From Azolla caroliniana (lineage: Eukaryota > Plantae > Polypodiophyta), in NCBI GenBank assembly GCA_043228905.1, contig JBHGNT010000011.1, forward strand, positions 18,228,001-18,292,000: 64,000 nt of DNA. The letters are read 5' to 3'. This document shows positions 8,354-17,451 of this stretch, in pieces. Both the position numbers and the translations under genes were made by a program. Position 1 is the stretch's first letter; each line of letters begins with the position of its first letter. Under the pieces are notes generated by a model that saw only the letters and a list, made by a program, of their open reading frames with translations, did not search any database and was not told the DNA's origin.

Positions 8354-10287
8354 GCGCGCTTCGACCCTTCCGGTCGGCTTGTCTGCTCATGTGGCCCTCA
8401 TCAGCTCTTCTGTTGTTGCAGTGTTGACGCTTCTTCTGCTGCCTTTTCTTCCGCTTGGGCCTCGGTTGATTCAGCGTGTCTGAATCAAACATCCGAACCG
8501 ACTCGGCTACCTCCGATCGGTTTTCGCTCTCGTCCGAGTTGGCTGTCTCCAACTCGTCTTCGGTCTTCTCGCCCTCGATGGCGTCATCTTCCCCATGCGT
8601 GGTTGGCTTCGGCTCTCTCCTTCGGTTGCTCCCCTTCTGTCCTCTTCCGAACTTTTCCACGGGTCCGCCCTCGGCTTCATCAGCCGATCCGAAGTCGCCC
8701 TCGGCTTCTTCAGCCGATCCGTCTTCAACCGAGTCAACAAACGAGTCAACTGACTCAGTGTCATGGTCACCGCTCCTTTCCTGCTGCCTTGCTTGGTCGT
8801 TCGGGACTGTTCTCCCCCTCAAGTTCGGCACGTCGAGGTGACGCAACCCGAGCGCACCTGAGAATTGCCGCAACTTGTCCAGACCAAGAGGCTTTGTGAA
8901 GATGTCGGCAGTCTGCCGATCCGTCGGAACGTACTGAAGTTCGACTTCACCGGAAAGGACACGCTCACGGAAGAAATGGTAATGCACCTCAATGTGCTTG
9001 GTCCGTGCGTGAAAGACGGGGTTCTTCGCAAGTTGGATGCTGCTGAGGTTGTTGCAGTAGATCGTCGTTGGATCGGACACCTCCTCTTGCAGGTCCTTAA
9101 GTAGCCGCTTCAACCATATGGCTTCGCATGTCGCGACAGCCGCTCCTCGGTACTCAGCTTCGGTGCTCGACAGTGCAACTGTCGGCTGCTTCTTACTGCT
9201 CCACGCGATCGCGGCACTCCCAAGGGAGAACGCGTATCCAGACGTGGATCGGCGATCGGCGGCGCTGCTAGCCCAATCAGCATCGGTGTAGCCGACTAAC
9301 TGCGCAGCTGCACCGGTCCGATATAGCAGTCCCCGGTCCTTAGTGCCATTGACATACCGAAGTATGCGTTGCGCACACTGAAGGTGCTCCTCGGTAGGTT
9401 GCGCCATGAACTGACTGATCACCCCGACCGGATAACTGAGGTCGAGTCGGGTGATGGTCAAGTATATAAGGCTTCCGACAATTTGTCAGAACCTCGTCGG
9501 GTCGCATACCTTTCCCGTATCGGGACGAAACTTGACGGTTCTGTCCAGAGGAGTCGAGATAGACTTACAATCGGCCATCCCGAGTTTAAAGAGCATACTC
9601 AGCACGTAATGACGTTGGCTGATCAATATGCCTTCGGGGGTACGGATCACTTCGATCCCGAGGAAGTAATGAAGGTCCCCCAGATCCTTCATGTCGAACG
9701 ATGCCGCAAGCTGGAGCTTCATGCGGTCGATTTCACCGAGGTCGGCGCCGGTGATGACCAAGTCATTAACATACAGTAAAATACTAACCGGTCCGAGTCA
9801 ACCTTTCCGGATGAACAGGGAAGAGTCAGATTTTGACGTGACTAAGCCCATCCGACGCAGTTGTTGCGTGATCTTTGCGTTCCAGGCACGCGGGGCTTGC
9901 TTCAGTCCATAAAGGGACTTCTTCAGTCGGCATACTGCCGAGGAGTTCGTTCCGGAGTGAAAACCGGGGGGTTATACCATGTACACCTGTTCCTCAAGGT
10001 CACCTTGCAGGAACGCATTCTTTACATCCATCTGATGTAAGTGCCACCCCTTGGCCGCGGCTACTGCGAGCAAAACACGAACGATCGTCATTTTTGCGAC
10101 CGGCGCAAACGTCTCATCGTAGTCGATGCCGTGTTTCTGCACGTAGCCCTTTGCCACTAGCCGAGCCTTGTACCGGTTGATCGAGCCATCGGTGTTGTAC
10201 TTGACCTTGTACACCCACCTACACCCATCGGCTTCACACCCTTCGGTGCGTCAACCAGGTCCCAGGTCTCGTTCTCCGCCAATGCGT
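8354..10287 (-). pseudogene. Copia A RT-RNase H with C-terminal extension, disrupted
   Basis: Motifs [32 protein letters not shown] (degenerate YVDD), GYTDADW, SSTEAEY and RTKHIEV. Stops at 9972-9974, 9798-9800 and 9486-9488; 1-bp frameshift near 10225. Confidence 0.93.
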
Positions 10288-11004
10288 TGTCGGGGTTACT
10301 ACGCCCTTGCGTGTAGAAAGGAGGAGGGACCACGGGGGTCTTGAACCGAAGAGCAAGAGAGAGAGGAGTAAGAGAGAGAGACCCGATTACACAGAACCGA
10401 AGATCCGATTGCGCAGAACCGACGATTGCACAGGGACACGGCCCAACAAACAGAGATCACAAATAAACGCCGACGCAGATGGACGCAACAACGAAAGATA
10501 TGTACTTATGAATGCAAGAAAATAACAGACTAAAGTATTACAACCCACGGTGGGGCGCGGAATAGATACTAACGAAACCGAACAGGGCGGCGAACAGATG
10601 CCGACCCCTGTATGTCGCGACGCACAGGAAGGGAAAACAGGTCGGAGGTGCTGCAGGACGCACTCGGGGCGTTCCACGGAACAGCGCAAGCCTCCTCGAA
10701 ACCTGCACTGGTACGCGATGGAGCAGAAGACAGAGAAAGCAGGAGTGAGAGAGAAGCTCCGAAATCGGTTCGGCAGCACTTCGTCCTCTCCGCGCGAGAT
10801 ACCCACTTCTATTCTTCCTCTTCCCTTTTATAGCCCGTCAAGAGGCCGTTTGGCATTAACTGCATACCAACCGAATCTACCCACCTAGGATCCTCGTATG
10901 TACCTACTTCGTCCTTAGGTACTTCTTGGGGCGCGTGTGTGCGTAGAGCCGTTTCCCACGCCTTGTTCCTCCGATTCCTCTTGTGGGCGGTTTTCTTCAC
11001 GACA
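10288..11004 (-). repeat. G2 3' LTR (717 bp)
   Basis: TG...CA termini; the PPT is adjacent at 11005-11016. Confidence 0.96.
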
Positions 11005-11076
11005 TCCGCCCCCACCTAACCGCGCATCCACCGGCATGCGCCAAAATAAGTTGGCACGGAGAAAACCGGCCCGCCT

Positions 11077-14000
11077 TTACTCTTCGCCTGCCGGCCCTTC
11101 CTCGGCCTCGGATCGGTCGTCGCTGCTGTCCAGGAGAATCGGGTCGGGTTCGTCGTCGTGCCGCTTCTTGAAAGCTTTGATCCTCTTCCCGGCCACGGGT
11201 ATCGCTATTCTCGTACCGTCGAGCTCCGCCAGATGATACGTCCCGTTGTCGTTGGCGCTCTGTACCGTGTACGGCCCGAACCATCTCCGTGCGAACTTCC
11301 GCGTTGATCGGTGCTGGTTGTCGAGGCTACTGTCGTAGACGAGCACCCAGTCACCTTGTTCGATCCTCTTCGGTCGGAGTCGGTGCGTTCGGTCGAACCT
11401 GGCCTTGTTCTTTATCCTCGCCACTCGGATCCTTTCTGCAGCCGTCTCCACGTCCTCCGGTCTCCGTTCGAGTTGTCGTATACGCGCTGCCAACAAGTCC
11501 TCCCGGCTCATCTCGTCCCTCCAGTCGACCGTCGCCCATGAGGAGATTGTTTGTTCCACCGGCATGATCGGCTTCTGGCCGAACATGAGCTCTGTCGGCA
11601 TGTACCCGGTTACCGAACTGTGCGTAGTCCGGTCGGCCCACAAAGCATAAGGTAGAAGTCGCGGCCAGTTACCGACTTGGCCCCCGCATGCCCGAACCAG
11701 CGCTTTAACGATCGGCCCGTGTCCGCGCTCCACCTTTCCATTCGCCTCCGGGTTGTACGCAGTGGTGAGCGAGAGTTTGACTCCCAGCCGATCGAACAGC
11801 TCCGCGGCCTCCTCGGTGTCCAACTCCCCCCGGTCAGCCACGATCTTCCCGACGCACCCGTACCGGCATATCACGTCCTCGATCAGGAACCGACACACGG
11901 CCGCGGTCGTCTTGTTCTGAAGGGCTCGGCCTTCCACCTGGTTCGTCAGGTCTTCCCGCGCTAGGACCAGATACCGCATCTGTCCTACCCCCATCGGCAT
12001 CGTCACTAGATCTACCATCCATTTGAAGTGGATAGTCGGAGGGTACGTAGGGCGAAGCCCATCCCGGTGTCGGACTATCGAGTGCATCTGACAACTCTCG
12101 CAAGTCGACACGAACCGATGCACGTCCCGGTACAATCCCGACCACCAGTACTTCCCCTTCAGCTTCTCAAATGTCGCCCACGTTCCACGGTGTCCAGCCC
12201 AAGGGCTGTCGTGGTAGGCCGTCAGCAGCTCCTCCTGTTCTTCCTTCATCGCCACCACCCGGAGCGGAGCGCCGTCCCTCTTCTTCGGGTGCTTCCATAG
12301 GTAGCCATCCCGGAGAAAGAATCGATATGCTTTCTTCCGGATCCGGTTGGCCTCGTCCTTCGTCCATGACGCATCAGGCGTCATTGTCTTCAAAAACCCG
12401 CCGATCTGCAGCCACTCCCCGTCGTACTTGCTCGCGTCGAACTCGTTAAGCGCCGGAGTGCTCATTCCGTCGGTCGTTATGTGTGCCGCCTCGAAGAAAT
12501 CCACGCCGACTTCTTCGTCTTCCGAAACCATGCCGCCCTCGTCGTCGAACCTCGCCCTCGAAAGCATGTCGGCCATGGCGTTGTCTTTCCCGGAAATGTG
12601 TCGTATTTCCGGGTCCAGGGACTTGATGTACGCTATCCACCTGAGCATCGCCAGGTCCGGAGTCGCGCATCCGGAAACCATACCGAGAATCGGCAGGCAA
12701 TCCGTCTCGATGATCACTTCTGTCCCTATCAGGTAGTCTTTGTCGGCCTTGACCGCCGAAACAATACCCCAGAGTTCGCGTTTAACCTGGGCGTATCCTC
12801 GCTGCCGTTCACTGAGGACTTTCGCGCCGAATCGGATCGGAAACCGATTGCCGTCCTCGTCTTCCTGGTTCACGACCCATCCGATCCCGGTCGGACTGGT
12901 ATCCACCGTTATGAATACCGGGGTACCCTTCCCGTATACCGCCTTCCGGAGTGCCGGTGCCGCTGCAAGGGCCTCTTTCAGCTTCCGGACCGATTCCGCG
13001 TGCTCGTCTAGCCATTCGAACCTTCGCCCCTTTTTCAGCAACCCGTACAGTGGCTCCGCGACGTGTGCGTAATGCGGGATCCATATGTGGTAGAACGCGC
13101 ATGCCCCCAGGAATCTCCGTACTTCCGTGACCGAGCTGCAGTCGGGCTTCATCGCGGAGATGGCTTCTACCTTTGCCGGAGACGGTTTCCGGCCATACGG
13201 TCCGCACAGGTGTCCGACCACCATGATTTCTGACTGCCCGAAGGCCGACTTCTCCCCGGAGAAGGTGAGTCTCGCATCCTCTAGCCTTCGCAGCACCTTC
13301 TCGCAGTCGTCGATGTGCGTCGCCACGAATCGCCGGCATCCGTCCGGCCCGATCGTCTCGTCCTTCTCTTCTACCGGGCATCCCTTGATCGGGATGTCGT
13401 CCAGAAACGGCATGGTGATGTCCGGGATACAGTCCCTCAGAACCTTGTTCATCGCATTCACCATGTGGGCCACCGAGTTGGTCCCTCCTTGCGGCAGTGT
13501 ACACATCCGAACTAGGCCGAGGGGAGTTCGCATCGTCGTAATGTCTCTGCTCTCCACGGCTAGCTGGAACTGGTCGTACCCTGAGTATAGATCCCCGACC
13601 GAGTAAATTGACCTTCCGGCGAAGGCCTCCGCGAACTCGTCTACGGTCGGTCCGATCCCTGCGTTCCGAATGGTCACTCGATTGACCGGCTGCAGGTCCT
13701 GGATGAAGCGCAACGAACCGTTTTTCTTCGGTACGGTAAACCATCGATTCGAATATGGGGCGCTCGACGGCTCGAGAATTCCCATATCAACTTTCTGCCT
13801 CAGCAGCTCCATCAACTTCGGGATGTGAGCTCTCGGAACCGGGATTGGCTTGAGGTTCCATGGTACATGCGGTACCGTGAATATCACCATCGGCTCCACG
13901 ATCGTCGGGTCAACGCACCCGATTTCCTCCGGCGAGAATGCGAAGGCTTTCCCGTGCCTTCCGAGCAGTCTCCGAAACCGGTCTTCCTCCGCCGGCAGTA

Positions 14001-14580
14001 GGAACCCGCCCCCACCGATTTTGAGCTCTCGGAGCGTCTCGTCGGTGAAGGTGTGCCCTATGCAGGCCGGATCTCGTAGACTAGGGTCCGATGCAACCCC
14101 TTTGATTCTCGACGCGCTGTCCTCCGGTAAGGGTGCCGCGACTGGCCTTACCTTCCGGTCCACAGTCTTGTACTTGGTGCTTACGCGGGCCGTCCGAACT
14201 GACTCGAGCCCTCGACCGAAGTCCGCGATGACTTCGTACATCTCCTCGGAACACACCGGTATCGTCCGGTCTTCGTTAAGGCCTTCTTCGACTACCTTTC
14301 CCAGCATTCCCAAGGTGTCGTCGAATGAGACCGCCTCCACGGCTCCGTTGATTTCCTCGTCAGGGCCGAGAACTCCGCACGCTCGAAGTCTCCCCTCCGC
14401 CTTTGTCTTCTCTCGGCCGCCGATGCCGACTATCGTACACGCTCCGCTGTCGGAGAACAAAAATCCCCTACCTATGGTACAAGGTTCCTTCGGTTTTATC
14501 GTACAGGTGTGGGGGTTTCCCGGGGTGTCCGGACTGTCGCGGCCCCACGCCTTGGCAGCCCTCTCTAAAAATCCTCTCGG
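11077..14580 (-). CDS. pol: G2 Pol (RT-RNase H-integrase)
   Basis: The listed 1127-aa ORF is nearly identical to G1 Pol, and the frame is open to 14580. Confidence 0.95.
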   Translation of the reverse strand, partial: PRGFLERAAKAWGRDSPDTPGNPHTCTIKPKEPCTIGRGFLFSDSGACTIVGIGGREKTKAEGRLRACGVLGPDEEINGAVEAVSFDDTLGMLGKVVEEGLNEDRTIPVCSEEMYEVIADFGRGLESVRTARVSTKYKTVDRKVRPVAAPLPEDSASRIKGVASDPSLRDPACIGHTFTDETLRELKIGGGGFLLPAEEDRFRRLLGRHGKAFAFSPEEIGCVDPTIVEPMVIFTVPHVPWNLKPIPVPRAHIPKLMELLRQKVDMGILEPSSAPYSNRWFTVPKKNGSLRFIQDLQPVNRVTIRNAGIGPTVDEFAEAFAGRSIYSVGDLYSGYDQFQLAVESRDITTMRTPLGLVRMCTLPQGGTNSVAHMVNAMNKVLRDCIPDITMPFLDDIPIKGCPVEEKDETIGPDGCRRFVATHIDDCEKVLRRLEDARLTFSGEKSAFGQSEIMVVGHLCGPYGRKPSPAKVEAISAMKPDCSSVTEVRRFLGACAFYHIWIPHYAHVAEPLYGLLKKGRRFEWLDEHAESVRKLKEALAAAPALRKAVYGKGTPVFITVDTSPTGIGWVVNQEDEDGNRFPIRFGAKVLSERQRGYAQVKRELWGIVSAVKADKDYLIGTEVIIETDCLPILGMVSGCATPDLAMLRWIAYIKSLDPEIRHISGKDNAMADMLSRARFDDEGGMVSEDEEVGVDFFEAAHITTDGMSTPALNEFDASKYDGEWLQIGGFLKTMTPDASWTKDEANRIRKKAYRFFLRDGYLWKHPKKRDGAPLRVVAMKEEQEELLTAYHDSPWAGHRGTWATFEKLKGKYWWSGLYRDVHRFVSTCESCQMHSIVRHRDGLRPTYPPTIHFKWMVDLVTMPMGVGQMRYLVLAREDLTNQVEGRALQNKTTAAVCRFLIEDVICRYGCVGKIVADRGELDTEEAAELFDRLGVKLSLTTAYNPEANGKVERGHGPIVKALVRACGGQVGNWPRLLPYALWADRTTHSSVTGYMPTELMFGQKPIMPVEQTISSWATVDWRDEMSREDLLAARIRQLERRPEDVETAAERIRVARIKNKARFDRTHRLRPKRIEQGDWVLVYDSSLDNQHRSTRKFARRWFGPYTVQSANDNGTYHLAELDGTRIAIPVAGKRIKAFKKRHDDEPDPILLDSSDDRSEAEEGPAGEE

Positions 14581-16718
14581 TTATCGGAACCGAGGGAGTC
14601 GCGGTTACGCTCGTGGTTCGGCCTAACCGTCAAAAACTGGACCGAATGGCGCCCGTCCTGGCTCTTGACCCGCGCATAGGCCGAACCGTTGTCCAGCACC
14701 TTGGTCTCCATTCGAGCCGCCGTGATGTACGGCTCTCCCAGTATGACGGGGTGCGATGACGACTCCTGCACGAAGAAGTGCTGGTCTATCTCGACATCGC
14801 CGATCTTGACCCGTACATTCGGGCAGGCCCCGTGAAGTTCCTCGGTGGTGCGCGTCGCCGCCCTTATCTTCCACCCGTGCTTGGTGTTGATCGGCCATTT
14901 GCCCTTCTTATAGAAGTCCATGGACATCAGGTTGATTTCCGATCCGTGGTCCACCAAAGCTACTACCGGTTCCTGGACATCGCCGATCTTTACCGGGGTT
15001 TCCGTGGTCGCTCGGGCCCAGTGTGGCCGCGAATAGTGGCTCTCCGCCCACTCGTCTTCCAGCGCCATGTCGTCCAGGTGCGCCGTCCGCACCTCTACCG
15101 GTCTTTCCGGTTCCTCCTCCGTCGACAGCCTCTTCCGCTTGACCAAGTCCACGATGGAGTCGTGGAACTCTTTCTTCGCGATTCCGAGCACCTCCCGTAG
15201 CGACAGCTCCACCTTGCTGTCGAGGATCCGTTCCTCCAGGACCTTTCGTAAGTCCGTGGTTCTTTCTATCTCCGTCCCCAGACGGTACCCGCCCTTCTGG
15301 GGTTTATCTTGCGTACCGGCCCCGCCGGCTTCGTCCCGTCGTGGCCCGGACCGGGTCTCGTATCGTTGTGAGGGCCCGGTCGTCCCGGGTTTCCCCACCC
15401 GCTTCTCTTCTACCAGAGCCTCGTAGTTCCGGCAAGCGGCTTCCACGAAGCCCGTCTTCTCCTCGACCGGGTCGCTCCACCCGGTCATCTCCCGTACCCG
15501 TTTCTCCGCACGGTCCGATTCCTCCCTCTTCATCCTCGTATCGGCAAGGCCTTCCAGCACCGTCGGCCAGAATCCGGCTTTGCTTCCTCTTCGGGCCTCG
15601 TTGCCCCCGACTCGAATACCGGCCGACGCCGAGTAGTGGACGGTTTCCGCATGTCGGGCCGCCGCCTCTTCCATCAACCTCTTCATTCCGCCTCGCCCGT
15701 CGTTTCGGTTTAGGGCCCTTCTCGTGTCGTTGGCGTGAACCCGGCCTTCCCATAGGTACACCACCCGGTTCCTCAGCGCCTCTGCGAAATCGCCGCAGTC
15801 TTTTCGGATGTGGCCGACCCCGTCGCACCACATGCACCTGTTCCCTGCCGCCGGCCGTCGGTCACGAGCAGGTCCTCCGCCTTCTCTGCGGGCTTGTGCG
15901 ATTTGGAGGTCTTTTATCGCCCTCGTCAGTTCCTCCAACGCAGCTCCTCCAGTCGAGCCTCTGATCACGTCGGTCGTAGCTGAACCGGATTCCAGCCACT
16001 CCCGAGTCTCTTCCCTTCGCACCGGCTGCGCCGGCTCGAGTTTCCTCGCCGCGACTGAGCCCGACCCGGTTGCTCTGTCATCCTCCCATTCTCGCCGTTT
16101 GTCGAAACGGCCGCAGGCTCTCTTGACCGCCGCCCAGTCGGCTGTCAGCCCGTCTTCGGTTTCTAGCAGGGCGCCCACGTGACTCCGATCCCTCTCGTCA
16201 ACCGATTTGACGAACAGCAGGACCCGGCTTGTATCCAGGACCATCCTGTCAAGCGCCGAAAGGCGCGCGAAGTTCTCCTCGAACTCCCGGAGGAGTGCCG
16301 ACGCGTTTCTTCCTTTCCCGGGAGACTCCACCCACTCCATGAAGCTTCGCTTCGAAAGCCGGAGCGCGTCGTCCAGTCCGTATTTTTCCAGGAGCCGACC
16401 TTCGAACTCCTCCCAGGTACGGCTCTCCGCCCGCACCTCGAGCACCTCCGCATGGATGCTCGGCATCGCCACTCGGGGAAAACCGGCAAGACGCCTGTCT
16501 TCCGGAATGTCCCGCATTAACATTTCCGCACCGTAGGACGCCAGATACTTCGTGGCATCCTTCCCATCGAACCGGCCGATCGTGCCGACGACCGCCTCAA
16601 TAGCTCTGTCGAGGGCACCGGTGCCCTCGCGCGCGTTTACAATCCGATCCACGGCCGAAGCCATGGCCTCTGCGAGATCCGACCCCCTCATCTTCTGCTC
16701 TTCTGCCGCCTCTTTCAC
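14565..16718 (-). CDS. gag: G2 Gag-protease
   Basis: 717 aa with one residue different from G1 (TRAT vs TRTT). Slippery site at 14568-14574. Confidence 0.93.
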   Translation of the reverse strand: MKEAAEEQKMRGSDLAEAMASAVDRIVNAREGTGALDRAIEAVVGTIGRFDGKDATKYLASYGAEMLMRDIPEDRRLAGFPRVAMPSIHAEVLEVRAESRTWEEFEGRLLEKYGLDDALRLSKRSFMEWVESPGKGRNASALLREFEENFARLSALDRMVLDTSRVLLFVKSVDERDRSHVGALLETEDGLTADWAAVKRACGRFDKRREWEDDRATGSGSVAARKLEPAQPVRREETREWLESGSATTDVIRGSTGGAALEELTRAIKDLQIAQARREGGGPARDRRPAAGNRCMWCDGVGHIRKDCGDFAEALRNRVVYLWEGRVHANDTRRALNRNDGRGGMKRLMEEAAARHAETVHYSASAGIRVGGNEARRGSKAGFWPTVLEGLADTRMKREESDRAEKRVREMTGWSDPVEEKTGFVEAACRNYEALVEEKRVGKPGTTGPSQRYETRSGPRRDEAGGAGTQDKPQKGGYRLGTEIERTTDLRKVLEERILDSKVELSLREVLGIAKKEFHDSIVDLVKRKRLSTEEEPERPVEVRTAHLDDMALEDEWAESHYSRPHWARATTETPVKIGDVQEPVVALVDHGSEINLMSMDFYKKGKWPINTKHGWKIRAATRTTEELHGACPNVRVKIGDVEIDQHFFVQESSSHPVILGEPYITAARMETKVLDNGSAYARVKSQDGRHSVQFLTVRPNHERNRDSLGSDNREDF

Positions 16719-16731
16719 GTCGGGTTCACCA
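16714..16731 (-). other. G2 tRNA-Trp primer-binding site
   Basis: TTCACGTCGGGTTCACCA, as in G1. Confidence 0.85.
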
Positions 16732-16734
16732 AGA

Positions 16735-17451
16735 TGTCGGGGTTACTACGCCCTTGCGTGTAGAAAGGAGGAGGGACCACGGGGGTCTTGAACCGAAGAG
16801 CAAGAGAGAGAGGAGTAAGAGAGAGAGACCCGATTACACAGAACCGAAGATCCGATTGCGCAGAACCGACGATTGCACAGGGACACGGCCCAACAAACAG
16901 AGATCACAAATAAACGCCGACGCAGATGGACGCAACAACGAAAGATATGTACTTATGAATGCAAGAAAATAACAGACTAAAGTATTACAACCCACGGTGG
17001 GGCGCGGAATAGATACTAACGAAAACGAACAGGGCGGCGAACAGATGCCGACCCCTGTATGTCGCGACGCACAGGAAGGGAAAACAGGTCGGAGGTGCTG
17101 CAGGACGCACTCGGGGCGTTCCACGGAACAGCGCAAGCCTCCTCGAAACCTGCACTGGTACGCGATGGAGCAGAAGACAGAGAAAGCAGGAGTGAGAGAG
17201 AAGCTCCGAAATCGGTTCGGCAGCACTTCGTCCTCTCCGCGCGAGATACCCACTTCTATTCTTCCTCTTCCCTTTTATAGCCCGTCAAGAGGCCGTTTGG
17301 CATTAACTGCATACCAACCGAATCTACCCACCTAGGATCCTCGTATGTACCTACTTCGTCCTTAGGTACTTCTTGGGGCGCGTGTGTGCGTAGAGCCGTT
17401 TCCCACGCCTTGTTCCTCCGATTCCTCTTGTGGGCGGTTTTCTTCACGACA
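16735..17451 (-). repeat. G2 5' LTR (717 bp)
   Basis: Near-identical to 10288-11004. Confidence 0.96.

Larger units (their letters stand above)
10288..17451 (-). mobile_element. Full-length Ty3/gypsy element G2 (7164 bp), same family as G1
   Basis: 717-bp LTRs (10288-11004 and 16735-17451) with one difference seen; 4-bp TSD GCGT; intact ORFs; same PBS and PPT as G1. Confidence 0.97.

Noticed and set aside
1184-17451. G1/G2 as a tandem segmental duplication or assembly artefact
   Set aside because: They have different TSDs, different flanks and diagnostic LTR variants shared within each element's LTR pair.
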